64,000 nucleotides of DNA from an uncultured Lactobacillus sp. (GCF_902491705.1 NZ_CABUIW010000005.1:1755-65754), one strand, 5' to 3'; counted from the first letter of the stretch, positions 24,514 to 34,087 are shown. The notes: generated from the sequence alone by a model not told the origin. Numbers and translations are program-made.

Positions 24514-25854
24514 ATGATAAAAACTGCAAAACAAATTTTAAGAAAACCGTTCTCCAGCGGAATGTCTTATCGTTTATATCGAGCCATCCTTGTTGGATTA
24601 ATCACTGGACTAATCGTAAGTGTGTTCCGTTGGTGCATCGATCACACGATGCAAATTCTGAACTTTATCTATCCTAAAATGGCGGTGCATCCCTTATGGC
24701 TAGTTCCCTATGTAATCTTGATGATTGTCATCTGCCTTGCACTAGGTCACATTACTAAACCATATTTGAGTCAGTTAGTTGGCTCCGGTGTCCCACAAAT
24801 TGAAGCTGTCTTTTTAGATGAAAATAAAATGCCATGGTGGTCTATACTTTGGCGGAAGTTTGTAGGCGGCTTGCTCGCAATCTGTCCCGGCTTAATGCTT
24901 GGTCGTGAAGGTCCATGTATTGAAATGGGCGCCATGGTTGGCCAAGGCTTAGCAGAAAAAGTATTTGATTCAGATAAAGAACAATTAAGAGAATTGCAAG
25001 AATGCGGTGTAGCCGCTGGACTTGCGGCTGCTTTTAGTGCCCCAATAGCTGGTGCGATGTTCCTAGTTGAAGAAATTTCTTTCAGCTTTAAACCTAAAAA
25101 AGTAGTTTCTGTTTTAGCTGCTAGTTTCTCAGCTGACTTCATGACAATTCTTTTCTTTGGCAACAAACCATGTTTGTACTTACCAGTTCGTGGCTATTTC
25201 CCACTTTATGCATATTGGACTTTGCCATTAATCGGTATCGTACTTGGCCTATTAGCTTACTGCTATCAATACGTTCTTTTGAGCTTGAAGCCTTGGTTTA
25301 GCCACATTAAGAAAATCCCTGCTGCATACCACAGCATTATTCCTTTAATCTTGATTATTCCAGTCGGGCTTTGGAACTCTCATTTACTTGGTGGTTCTCA
25401 CGTATTAATCACTGAACTTTTCAGTCAAAAACTTGATACGCGCTTGCTCCTTGGACCATGGAGCTTGGTACTGATTCCAATTGTTTTGTTCATTGTTAGA
25501 TTTGTCTTTTCAATGCTCTCCTATGGTTCATCAGTGCCTGGTGGTATTTTTATGCCGATCCTAGTTCTAGGTGCAATTTTAGGAATGATCTGTGCTAACG
25601 TTATGATTAAAGCAAACATCATTCCTTCAATGTATTTCGTTCACATTATGGTTATTTCAATGGCCGCCTACTTTGGCGCAATTGAAAAAGCACCATTTAC
25701 TGCTATCATGCTGTTAACCGAAATGGTCGGTACAGTTCAGCAAGTTCTTCCATTAATTATCGTAACTTTTGTTTCTTACTACGTACTTGATTTGCTCGGT
25801 GGCAAGCCAATCTACGAAGCATTACGCTTGCAAATGAATTACAAAAAATTATAA
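24514..25854 (+). CDS. ClC-family chloride channel / H+/Cl- antiporter
   Basis: GSGVPQ, GREGP and GIFMP selectivity-filter motifs. The ATG at 24514 is 7 nt after AAGGA. The start could also be 24508 or the GTG at 24484. Confidence 0.85.
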   Translation: MIKTAKQILRKPFSSGMSYRLYRAILVGLITGLIVSVFRWCIDHTMQILNFIYPKMAVHPLWLVPYVILMIVICLALGHITKPYLSQLVGSGVPQIEAVFLDENKMPWWSILWRKFVGGLLAICPGLMLGREGPCIEMGAMVGQGLAEKVFDSDKEQLRELQECGVAAGLAAAFSAPIAGAMFLVEEISFSFKPKKVVSVLAASFSADFMTILFFGNKPCLYLPVRGYFPLYAYWTLPLIGIVLGLLAYCYQYVLLSLKPWFSHIKKIPAAYHSIIPLILIIPVGLWNSHLLGGSHVLITELFSQKLDTRLLLGPWSLVLIPIVLFIVRFVFSMLSYGSSVPGGIFMPILVLGAILGMICANVMIKANIIPSMYFVHIMVISMAAYFGAIEKAPFTAIMLLTEMVGTVQQVLPLIIVTFVSYYVLDLLGGKPIYEALRLQMNYKKL

Positions 25855-25887
25855 TTACTTACAAATAATTATAGAAAGCGATGAATA

Positions 25888-26589
25888 ATGAAGAAATTCA
25901 ACTTTTTAAAGAAACTTGCTGTCTTAACTATGCTGCTGAGCGGTATTGCTACTCCTATTGTGGAACAAGTTGAACCTGCTCAGGCTGCAACAGTTAAGAG
26001 TAAGAAGTCTGCTAAAAAAGGCAAAAAGGTTAAGAAAGCCAAGAAGACTAAAAAAGCTACTAAAACCAAAAAGAGTACTGTCAAAATCAAAGTTGACACA
26101 AGCAAAAAGAAGAAAAATAAGCCTGTCAACTTTGTCAAAAAAGCTCCAGCTACTCAAATTCCAACAGCTAAGGTTTACATTAACTTGCCTAGTGAAAGTC
26201 GTAATTACCAAATAACTCAAGAAGCAATGAATGCTTGGAATGATACTAAGGCAATTAACTTCAAACAAGTTACTGATTACCGCAAAGCAAACATCATTGT
26301 AAATGCTGGTAATTATGGCAATACTGGTTGGGCAGGCATAACCCAAATGCCTGCAGTGCCACGCGGATATCTTTATGGTTCAATCATTAGTTTAAATGAC
26401 TACTTTTTAAATCAAGTAAATCCGCAAATCGCATTGTCCGTAGCTGAACACGAATTGGGTCACGCTATTGGACTTGAACATAACGATACTGAGCCATCAG
26501 TAATGAATTCCGCGATTACTGACCAAAGTGCTTATACTATTCAGCCATGCGACATTGCAGCTGTAAAAGCTCTGTATAACGAAAAATAA
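25888..26589 (+). CDS. Secreted matrixin-like (metzincin, M10-type) zinc metalloprotease with a Lys-rich linker
   Basis: Signal peptide, then a KSKKSAKKGKKVKKAKKTKKATKTKKS low-complexity tract. HELGHAIGLEH (HExxHxxGxxH) is followed by the Met-turn PSVMNS. Confidence 0.75.
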   Translation: MKKFNFLKKLAVLTMLLSGIATPIVEQVEPAQAATVKSKKSAKKGKKVKKAKKTKKATKTKKSTVKIKVDTSKKKKNKPVNFVKKAPATQIPTAKVYINLPSESRNYQITQEAMNAWNDTKAINFKQVTDYRKANIIVNAGNYGNTGWAGITQMPAVPRGYLYGSIISLNDYFLNQVNPQIALSVAEHELGHAIGLEHNDTEPSVMNSAITDQSAYTIQPCDIAAVKALYNEK

Positions 26590-26591
26590 TC

Positions 26592-26643
26592 AAAACCCTT
26601 GTAACTACTTCTATCTAAAGTAATTACAAGGGTTTATTTTTTA
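26592..26643. terminator. Bidirectional terminator
   Basis: aaaacccttgtaa(t)tac...gtaattacaagggtttatttttt. Confidence 0.75.
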
Positions 26644-27156
26644 TAAATTCAATTCATATGCCAAACGTTCTGGCTCCAATTTATCATCAACTTTAATAAT
26701 ACCGCGATACTTAAAGCCATTTCCTGTTGCAAGGGCCTGCATTGGTTTGTTCAAGCGGTGGGTATCAACGCGGAAGTTTCTAACGCCACTTGCATACTTC
26801 AAGCTAATAATGTTAGACATGAAAATTTTGCTCAGGCCCTGTCCTTGATAATTTGCGCTCAAGCAGATCCGATGAATTGTCGTATAAAGATCTGTATCGT
26901 TGTGCCATTCACCATCAATATCTCGATAAGTTGGCTCTATGCCAGTAATAGCAGCAGTATAGCCAGCCACCTTATCTCCTGCAACTAAGACATAAGCATT
27001 CTTATTTTGAATATCATTTAGGATAACTTCTTCATTTGGATAGCCACTTTGCCACTGCGTACTTCCCGATTTTTTCAAAAAAGCCTTAGCATCATCAATA
27101 ATCGCCATGATTTCTGTTAGATCATCTTTTTTAGCTAATCTAGTGTATTTTTGCAT
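26641..27156 (-). CDS. GNAT-family N-acetyltransferase
   Basis: 171 aa. Acetyl-CoA motif YQGQGLSKIFM (Q/RxxGxG/A). Confidence 0.8.
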   Translation of the reverse strand: MQKYTRLAKKDDLTEIMAIIDDAKAFLKKSGSTQWQSGYPNEEVILNDIQNKNAYVLVAGDKVAGYTAAITGIEPTYRDIDGEWHNDTDLYTTIHRICLSANYQGQGLSKIFMSNIISLKYASGVRNFRVDTHRLNKPMQALATGNGFKYRGIIKVDDKLEPERLAYELNL

Positions 27157-27221
27157 TCTTTAATCCTTTTATTAAACAAAAACGAATTTGCATTTTTCTG
27201 CAAATTCGTATTTTTTATGGA

Positions 27222-27518
27222 TTATTTTTTCATATAAGGCTTAATGATGTCAAGCAGCTCTTTTAAAGCTTCCCAATCTGTCATCTCTTGTACTGAGAAA
27301 GGCTTGCCAGGTTCTGCAGGTGTACCATTGTCCAAGAACAAGTAGGCATATCCTTTAAAAACGTCGATATTTACACCGAAGCCATTAGCACTTGTGTTAG
27401 TTTGGCGAAGCATCAATGCTGGATAACCTAACTTATCCTTTAAGTGGTGATATACACTCCAATTTTCTGATTCTTTGACGCTTTGCTCAATTTTTTGAAC
27501 AATTTCTTTATCTTCCAT
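27222..27518 (-). CDS. Hypothetical protein (98 aa)
   Basis: Clean ORF between intergenic regions. No motif recognised. Confidence 0.5.
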   Translation of the reverse strand: MEDKEIVQKIEQSVKESENWSVYHHLKDKLGYPALMLRQTNTSANGFGVNIDVFKGYAYLFLDNGTPAEPGKPFSVQEMTDWEALKELLDIIKPYMKK

Positions 27519-27618
27519 TTTTGTCTTCCTTTTCTTTTATACGCCAAAATAATTTTTTCTTCTATAATTATCATACCATTACTAAGAATTATTAGCTGGT
27601 TCTGTAACTTATTTTTTA

Positions 27619-27647
27619 TTGACAAAATTAAATTATGATGATAAATT
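27619..27647 (+). promoter_or_regulatory. Candidate promoter of the T-box leader
   Basis: -35 TTGACA (27619-27624), a 17-nt spacer, and -10 TAAATT. Confidence 0.45.
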
Positions 27648-27664
27648 AATTGCAATAATTAAAA

Positions 27665-27912
27665 AATTTTGATGGATAGAGTAACTAAAACCCCTTCTTT
27701 CAGAGAATTGCTGGTTGGTGTGAAGCAAGAAGAAGCTTTTGGTGAAAATGAGTTCAGAATGATTTTATTGGTGATATTTAGCCAGTAACGGGGTTGCGCT
27801 CGTTAACAACGCAAGCTATTGTTGGATAGCTCTGAGGTTATTTGCGCAAGCAAGTGACGAATAAAGGTGGTAACGCGATGCACTCGTCCTTTTTGGGATG
27901 AGTGCTTTTTTT
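27665..27912 (+). promoter_or_regulatory. T-box leader, probable methionine (AUG) specifier
   Basis: AGAGA box plus GCTGGTTGGTG distal-loop motif. GAAAATGA is in specifier position. The T-box sequence AAAGGTGGTAACGCG is at 27864-27878. The terminator is gcactcgtcc-ttttt-gggatgagtgcttttttt (27879-27912). Confidence 0.7.
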
Positions 27913-27933
27913 ATTTTCACGGGAGGAAAACAT

Positions 27934-28785
27934 ATGAGAAAGAGAAGACGTAGAAATGAGATAATCCTTGGAATCTTTGCCCTATTTATTTTGGTTGCCG
28001 GTTACTTTAGCTTCTTTTACACGCCGAAAAGTCGTGGCCCTCAAGTAGTTAAAGTGGGTATCGTTGGCGCTAACAAAGGCGACATCGCTATTTGGAAGAG
28101 TGTTGCACAAACCGTTAAAGAAAAATACGGCGTGATCGTTAAAACGACTAGCTTCGATGGTTACGATCAACCAGACAAAGCATTGAAATCTGGCGACGTG
28201 CAGCTTAACGCATTCCAGCATTATGCCTTCTTAAATGCCTGGAACAAGTCTAACCACGGTGGAATCAGTCCAATCGGCAAAACTTACATTGCCCCAATTC
28301 GTCTTTATAGTAAAAAATACCATCATTTAAGAGACTTGCCTGATGGTGCTACTATTGTTGTTCCTAGCGATTCAACTAATGAATCTCGTGCTTTATTTGT
28401 TTTGAAAAATGCTGGTTTAATTAAACTAAAGCCTGGTAAAATCTTGGTTTCAGTTGCCGACATCACCAGCAATCCTAACCACTATAAGATTAAGGAAGTT
28501 GCTTCTGAACAAACTAGCCGCGTGATCAATGATGTTGATGCAGCTGTAGTCAATAATGACTTTGCAGGTCCTGCTGGCTTAGGCGACAAGCAAACGATCT
28601 ATGTCGAACCTCTTAACAAAGATTCAGAACAATGGATCAACATTATTTGTGCTCGCACTAAGGATAAAAATAAGAAGATCTACCGCGAGATTGTTAAGGC
28701 TTACCAAACAAAGAAGACTAAGCAAATCTACAAGAAATACTATGGCAACAAGCAAATTGCCGCTTGGGACGTAAAATTAAAATAA
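27934..28785 (+). CDS. metQ: MetQ/NlpA-family methionine-binding protein (ABC substrate-binding), membrane-anchored
   Basis: GGGAGG lies 7 nt upstream of the ATG at 27934. Family-typical LNAFQH and NDFAGPAGL segments are present. The N-terminal TM anchor has no lipobox Cys. Confidence 0.8.
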   Translation: MRKRRRRNEIILGIFALFILVAGYFSFFYTPKSRGPQVVKVGIVGANKGDIAIWKSVAQTVKEKYGVIVKTTSFDGYDQPDKALKSGDVQLNAFQHYAFLNAWNKSNHGGISPIGKTYIAPIRLYSKKYHHLRDLPDGATIVVPSDSTNESRALFVLKNAGLIKLKPGKILVSVADITSNPNHYKIKEVASEQTSRVINDVDAAVVNNDFAGPAGLGDKQTIYVEPLNKDSEQWINIICARTKDKNKKIYREIVKAYQTKKTKQIYKKYYGNKQIAAWDVKLK

Positions 28786-28786
28786 G

Positions 28787-28816
28787 AAAAGGTGATCTAC
28801 TCGATCACCTTTTTTG
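28787..28816. terminator. Bidirectional terminator
   Basis: aaaaggtgatc-tactc-gatcacctttttt. Confidence 0.8.
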
Positions 28817-29110
28817 CTAGAACAAACTAGTCATGTATTCACTGATTGCTTGTTGTTGCATTTCTGCCCAACTAGTAAATTTGGTTTCTTTTTTAACAAA
28901 ATTATCTACCACATTTGGTGCCATCTTTTCAATTGCAGTAAAGTCCTTAGCACCTAAGTTTTTCAAAAAGAAATCGATTGTTGTAAAACTCGTATTCTTT
29001 TGCATAAAGCGTGGATTGAACAAATCCTGGTAAGAAACGGCTTGTTGACCACCCTTTTCTTCAGCTACTTTTTCCAAGTTTTGCTTTAATTCTTTCTTTT
29101 CATCAGTCAT
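28817..29110 (-). CDS. Hypothetical protein (97 aa, start MTDEKKELKQ)
   Basis: ATG at 29110. The ORF-track N-terminal extension (MKIIAIMFRIKLLIEMRAEY) looks non-coding. Confidence 0.45.
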   Translation of the reverse strand: MTDEKKELKQNLEKVAEEKGGQQAVSYQDLFNPRFMQKNTSFTTIDFFLKNLGAKDFTAIEKMAPNVVDNFVKKETKFTSWAEMQQQAISEYMTSLF

Positions 29111-29239
29111 ATACTCTGCCCTCATTTCTATTAGTAGTTTAATCCTAAACATAATTGCTATTATTTTCAATCTTTACTTATCAATTCTCCATTATTCGTT
29201 ATAATGATAAACGAGAAATATACATAGGGGATTTTTACA

Positions 29240-29902
29240 ATGGAGAATCGTTATAAGAGTGTTTTTGATATCATCGGACCGGTCATGGTAGGACCATCAA
29301 GTTCACACACTGCAGGTGCCGTTGCCATTGGCCGAGAAGGTAATCGATTGTTCGGCGGTGTACCTAAAAAGGTCACTGTTCATTATTATGGCTCTTTTGC
29401 TCAAACGCACCGCGGCCACGGCACTGACTATGCTATTGCCGCAGGAATCTTGGGCTTTAATACCGATGACTTGCGCGTACCCCGTGCACCAGAAATTGCT
29501 CGTCAGCGCGGAGTTGATATTCGCTTCGTTGAAGAAGAAGGCGAAAGTCCAATCGGTCACCCTAATACCGCGATTTTAGACATGTCAAACGATCAGAAAA
29601 AAGCACAATTATCAGGTTGCTCCATCGGTGGTGGCGCCATTGAAGTGCGCGACATCGTTTTAAATGGCATTAATATCACGCCATCTGGTTCTTTACCTAT
29701 CGTTATTTTTGTTGACTACGAACGCAAGCTAAATCATGAAATGTCGCTAACAGATTTTTTAAAAAGAAAAGCTCCTTTTAAGCAAAAGCGGATCTATAAA
29801 TCTCAAGCTTGTTATATTTATGAATATGACATCAAGAACTACTTTAAGCCAGCTTTAACTGGTGAAATGCGTAAAAAATATCCTAACATTATTTGTTTAT
29901 AA
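29240..29902 (+). CDS. sdaAB: L-serine dehydratase (4Fe-4S type), beta subunit
   Basis: N-terminus YKSVFDIIGPVMVGPSSSHTAGA is typical of iron-sulfur L-serine ammonia-lyase. Confidence 0.9.
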   Translation: MENRYKSVFDIIGPVMVGPSSSHTAGAVAIGREGNRLFGGVPKKVTVHYYGSFAQTHRGHGTDYAIAAGILGFNTDDLRVPRAPEIARQRGVDIRFVEEEGESPIGHPNTAILDMSNDQKKAQLSGCSIGGGAIEVRDIVLNGINITPSGSLPIVIFVDYERKLNHEMSLTDFLKRKAPFKQKRIYKSQACYIYEYDIKNYFKPALTGEMRKKYPNIICL

Positions 29903-29916
29903 GATAGGAAGATATT

Positions 29917-30798
29917 ATGTATAACCATATTAAAGAAATTGTTGCAGACTCTGAAAAAACAGGCAAACCTATCTCTGAATTAATTATTGAACAAGAATGT
30001 AAGTTGTCAGGCATGCCTCGCGAAAAGGTCTGGAACAAGATGAAATACAATTTATCAACGATGCGAGATGCAGTTAAAAAAGGCCGTAGTGGTAAAGGCG
30101 TCTTCTCCAGTACTGGTCTTACCGGTGGTGAAGCCGTTAAAATTAAGAAGTATCGTGAAAAGGGCCACACCCTTTCTGGCGACACAATCATGACAGCAGT
30201 GCAAAATGCGGTTGCCACTAACGAGGTCAATGCGGCAATGGGCGTTATCTGCGCAACGCCAACTGCCGGCTCATCTGGCACTTTACCTGGCGTACTATTT
30301 TTATTAGAAAAGCGGATTGATCTAACTGAAGATCAAATGATTCGCTTCTTATTTACTGCAGGCGGCTTCGGCATGGTGATTGCTAACAATGCAGAAATTG
30401 CTGGTGCTACTGGCGGCTGCCAAGCCGAAGTTGGTAGTGCCTCCGCAATGGGTGCAGCCGCAGCAGTTGAAGCAGCTGGCGGAACAGCTGAACAAAGTGC
30501 GCAAGCTTTGTCGATTGCCATGTCTAATTTATTAGGGCTTGTTTGTGATCCAATTGCAGGATTAGTTGAAGTACCATGCGTTAAAAGAAATGTGATTGGT
30601 GCTGGTAATGCGTTGATTGCAGCAGATATGGCTCTTGCGGGATGCACCAGCGTAATTCCAGCTGACGAATGTATTGATGCTATGAAAAAAGTTGGTCATC
30701 AAATGCCAGCATCCCTACGCGAAACAGGAATCGGCGGCTTAGCTGGTACACCAACTGGTCAAGCAATTAAAGCAAAGATTTTTGGTGAGGATGCATAA
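29917..30798 (+). CDS. sdaAA: L-serine dehydratase (4Fe-4S type), alpha subunit
   Basis: 293 aa. Gly/Ala-rich cluster-binding core (ATPTAGSSGTLPG, GGCQAEVGSAS, VPCVKRN). Confidence 0.9.
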   Translation: MYNHIKEIVADSEKTGKPISELIIEQECKLSGMPREKVWNKMKYNLSTMRDAVKKGRSGKGVFSSTGLTGGEAVKIKKYREKGHTLSGDTIMTAVQNAVATNEVNAAMGVICATPTAGSSGTLPGVLFLLEKRIDLTEDQMIRFLFTAGGFGMVIANNAEIAGATGGCQAEVGSASAMGAAAAVEAAGGTAEQSAQALSIAMSNLLGLVCDPIAGLVEVPCVKRNVIGAGNALIAADMALAGCTSVIPADECIDAMKKVGHQMPASLRETGIGGLAGTPTGQAIKAKIFGEDA

Positions 30799-31121
30799 TG
30801 CGAGATAGCGAAACAATCAAAAATGACATTATCAACCATCTAGCTCAAGTCATCGACCCTGAATTAAATGTTGACGTGGTCAATCTTGGACTAATTTATG
30901 GTATCGATTTAGATAAAGATGGAATCTGCCTAATTAATATGACGCTAACTACTCCAGCTTGCCCATTAACTGGTGTTTTAATCGATTTGATCACCAAAGA
31001 AGTCAAAAAAGTAGAAGAAGTTAAAAATGTGGATGTTGAATTTGTCTGGTATCCCGTTTGGACACCAGACAGAATGAGTGATGCAGCTAAAGAATATTTT
31101 GGCTATGAGAAAAAGGATTAA
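30798..31121 (+). CDS. DUF59 / MIP18-family metal-sulfur cluster assembly factor
   Basis: 107 aa. The DPELNVDVVNLGLIY and TTPACPL motifs. The start overlaps the sdaAA stop (TAATG). Confidence 0.7.
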   Translation: MRDSETIKNDIINHLAQVIDPELNVDVVNLGLIYGIDLDKDGICLINMTLTTPACPLTGVLIDLITKEVKKVEEVKNVDVEFVWYPVWTPDRMSDAAKEYFGYEKKD

Positions 31122-31134
31122 TTAAGGGAGAAAT

Positions 31135-31377
31135 ATGGATTTTTGCTATCAAATTGGGATTTTTATTGGTTTCTTTTTCATCGGTCTTTCTCTTCGAATC
31201 TTTAAGGGATGCCGGAAAAGTGGCTACCCTTCTAACATGACGAACTTTGCTTTTTCGATGTTGATCTCAATGATGGGCGTTTTTATTGTGGTTGCCAGCC
31301 TTGCCGCAATTCAGCCCCACAACTGGTACACAAGCAGTGCAATTTGGAAGATGCTTGTTACAGGCAATTTAATGTAA
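31135..31377 (+). CDS. Small membrane protein (80 aa, 2 TM)
   Basis: GGGAG lies 7 nt upstream. Two hydrophobic helices. Last gene before the terminator. Confidence 0.4.
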   Translation: MDFCYQIGIFIGFFFIGLSLRIFKGCRKSGYPSNMTNFAFSMLISMMGVFIVVASLAAIQPHNWYTSSAIWKMLVTGNLM

Positions 31378-31380
31378 TCA

Positions 31381-31415
31381 AAAAACTCTCAACTATTTCA
31401 GTTGAGAGCTTTTTT
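31381..31415. terminator. Bidirectional terminator
   Basis: aaaaactctcaac-tatttca-gttgagagctttttt. Confidence 0.85.
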
Positions 31416-31432
31416 ATGCTTTAAATTTATTT

Positions 31433-32251
31433 TTAGTATTTTTGTAAGTTAACTACAATTCTATCGCCTAAGTAGTCTGGGAACTTGTTACCTTGTGTTG
31501 CCATACCTGGCTTAGCTTCAAAGGCAACTCCAGCACCGACAGTTCTATTAGTCTTGTTCAAAAGTGACTTCTTGTGAGCCCAGTTTGAAGCGGCATCGTG
31601 ATAGATAAATTGATCAAGCAATGCTTTAGCAGCTTGTTCAGGTGTAGTTGAAAGTTGAATACTGTTCAAACCAATATCTTCTTCATATGAAGTCATCTTA
31701 CCGTTAGGACGAACGTGTGAGAACTTCTTAACAGCTTCTTTAGCACGCATTTCTGCGTAAGCCTTTAATTTTGGCTTAACAGTTAACTTCTTCAAGCCTC
31801 TTTGACTTCTCATTTCATTTAATTGAGTAATAAATGATGAAGCAACTTGATCTGCATATTTCTTGTTAGCTAAACCCATTAAGCCACTCTTGTTAGATGA
31901 AGTAGTTTCTTGAGTAGTTGCGGCAGTAGTATCAGTATTTGCAGTTTCTTTTGGAGCTACTACCTTTGATGCATTGGCAACCTTAATATATTTGCCAGAG
32001 CCTAAATTATAGTATCTCTTGCCATGAATCTTCTTGATACCATATGCAGTAAGAGTTCTGCCATTCTTTAAAGCGGCACCCTTTTTCTTACCACTTACGT
32101 TGTACACTACAGAATTATGATTCAACTTAATCTTGTAGCTGCTTGCAGCATTTACAACTTGTGGTTGAGATTCAAGACTAGCAGTACCTGCAAAAAGCAT
32201 TGCGGCACTTAAACCAACACCCATTGTCATCTTGATCAATTTTTTGTTCAT
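31433..32251 (-). CDS. Secreted protein with an N-terminal SLAP-like module and a C-terminal CAP/SCP (YkwD-like) domain
   Basis: Signal peptide. SLAP-like segment ...GKRYYNLGSGKYIKVAN. CAP-like segment ...RSQRGLKKL...FSHVRPNG... Confidence 0.6.
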   Translation of the reverse strand: MNKKLIKMTMGVGLSAAMLFAGTASLESQPQVVNAASSYKIKLNHNSVVYNVSGKKKGAALKNGRTLTAYGIKKIHGKRYYNLGSGKYIKVANASKVVAPKETANTDTTAATTQETTSSNKSGLMGLANKKYADQVASSFITQLNEMRSQRGLKKLTVKPKLKAYAEMRAKEAVKKFSHVRPNGKMTSYEEDIGLNSIQLSTTPEQAAKALLDQFIYHDAASNWAHKKSLLNKTNRTVGAGVAFEAKPGMATQGNKFPDYLGDRIVVNLQKY

Positions 32252-32341
32252 TTGTAATCCCCCAATAATTAGTACAAAACATTAATCGTCCTTATTATAT
32301 AACAACTGGTATGTTTAGGCGCTAGCAATTTAAAAAAATTT

Positions 32342-34087
32342 TTACTTAGCATAGCCAACTTTGTACCAAACACTGTTAGAATCTGCTGGTTTAAGTGAAT
32401 AGTTAACCAATTTGCTATTTACAGCCTTAATTGAATATGAATTTGTAAGTGGCACAATATAAGCTTCATCATTCATGTATTGTTGCCACTTGTGGAAGGC
32501 ATTAACTCTGTATTTGTGGTTAAAGGCCTTAGTTGAATCAATTTCATCAAGCAATTTGTTGTTTTCCTTAGTGGCAAATCTTGAATCGTTCATTGGGTTG
32601 GTCTCACTGTATAAACCTCTTGGTGAAGGCTCAGTTGATAATGACCAAGCAGCCATAAACATGTCGATTCCCTTGTCATCATGATCTAGCTTGTCATAGA
32701 AAGAGTTAAATTCCATTAATCTACCGCCAGCCAAGCTTACGTGCAAACCAATCTTCTTCCATTGTTGGATGTAATTTTGAACAATTGGCTCTTGAACAGC
32801 ACTACCACTCATTGCAGCAAAGTGAATATTAAGTGGCTTGCCGTTAGGTTGAACTCTCCATTTACCCTTCTTCTTGTAGCCAGCTTTATCAAGTAATTCA
32901 TTAGCTTTCTTCAAGTTGTATGGGAAGCCCTTAGCATTTTTATCAAAGTAGTCACCAAATTGTTCTGGAATCAAAGTTGGTACTCTGAAGGTCAAACCTT
33001 GAGTGTATCTCTTTTCAACTTGATTAATGTTCATGGCATAAGCCATTGCTTGCCGCAAGGACTTATTGTTCATCTTAGAATTCTTGTCCATGACGTTCTT
33101 GCCATTCTCCCATTTACCAACTTTGAAGCCTAAGTAGCTGTAAGCCAAAGGAATTTGAGCGATAAAGTTAGTGTCTTTGGCATCCTTAACTGATTGCCAT
33201 TGTGAGTTTACAACGTCAGCAATATCGAACTTGTGGCTCTTAATTGCTTGTGAAGCAGAATTAGTTGAAACAACTTGAGCTACAATCTTACTTAATTTTG
33301 GTGTACCTCTCCAGTAGTACTTATTTGGTACCCAGGTTACTGATTGACCTCTTACGACCTTACTTACCTTATATGGACCAAAGAAAAGCGGATCTTTTCT
33401 GATTTGATCACAAGAAACTAACTTGCTAAATGGAACGTCCTTCAAGTAGTGGTAAGGTGAGGCAGTTTCAATGAAGTAGTCGTTACCTGATTGAAGCATC
33501 CCCGGTTTCATCGCAATAAAGTGAATGACGATAGTTCTACCATTTTCACCATCAGGATAAGTAATTCCAGAAATCGTCTTAGCCTTGCCTTCATGGTAAG
33601 CTTTCATCCCAGCAATATTAGCCAATGAATCTGAATATCTCAAGCTGTTAGTTGCCTTATTAGCAGTCATTTCATATGGATATTCAAGGTCTTTAGCAAC
33701 AACTTGCTTGCCATCTGACCACTTAACACCCTTTTTAACGGTAATCGTGACAGTTTTAGCTTTCTTATCAAGTTTAAAAGTAGCTGGACCTTTATTAGTA
33801 ATCTTGTAACTATTGTCGGTATCAAATAAAGCTTCATTACCAAATTGCATTACATCAGTGTCAACTTGATCAACTGATAATTGACTATCAAAAATACCCT
33901 TAAAAGGAGTATCGGTTTCAATCGCATAATTCAAAGTACCACCCTTTTTGGCAGTCTTTTGAGGTGTTTGTTCTGGGAACTTCTTAGCACTCTTAGTTGC
34001 ATCCTTATTGCTTTGACCACATGCAGCCAAACTTAATGCTGCACCAATAATTAAACTTGCTGAACTGACTAACTTCATTGCTTTCAT
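32342..34087 (-). CDS. oppA: Oligopeptide ABC transporter substrate-binding lipoprotein (family 5)
   Basis: Lipobox LAAC after MKAMKLVSSASLIIGAALS. Family-5 SBP length and composition. The ORF-track start at 34132 runs through an upstream terminator hairpin. Confidence 0.85.
   Translation of the reverse strand: MKAMKLVSSASLIIGAALSLAACGQSNKDATKSAKKFPEQTPQKTAKKGGTLNYAIETDTPFKGIFDSQLSVDQVDTDVMQFGNEALFDTDNSYKITNKGPATFKLDKKAKTVTITVKKGVKWSDGKQVVAKDLEYPYEMTANKATNSLRYSDSLANIAGMKAYHEGKAKTISGITYPDGENGRTIVIHFIAMKPGMLQSGNDYFIETASPYHYLKDVPFSKLVSCDQIRKDPLFFGPYKVSKVVRGQSVTWVPNKYYWRGTPKLSKIVAQVVSTNSASQAIKSHKFDIADVVNSQWQSVKDAKDTNFIAQIPLAYSYLGFKVGKWENGKNVMDKNSKMNNKSLRQAMAYAMNINQVEKRYTQGLTFRVPTLIPEQFGDYFDKNAKGFPYNLKKANELLDKAGYKKKGKWRVQPNGKPLNIHFAAMSGSAVQEPIVQNYIQQWKKIGLHVSLAGGRLMEFNSFYDKLDHDDKGIDMFMAAWSLSTEPSPRGLYSETNPMNDSRFATKENNKLLDEIDSTKAFNHKYRVNAFHKWQQYMNDEAYIVPLTNSYSIKAVNSKLVNYSLKPADSNSVWYKVGYAK

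Noticed and set aside
29889-30647. Minus-strand ORFs 29889..30281 and 30333..30647, antisense to sdaAA
   Set aside because: These are Ala/Pro-rich translations lying entirely inside a confidently identified gene. They are typical antisense shadows of a Gly/Ala-rich coding region. The same reasoning applies to the many 60-130-aa ORFs nested in carB, carA, pyrC, the ATPase gene, ppsA, hsdR and others.
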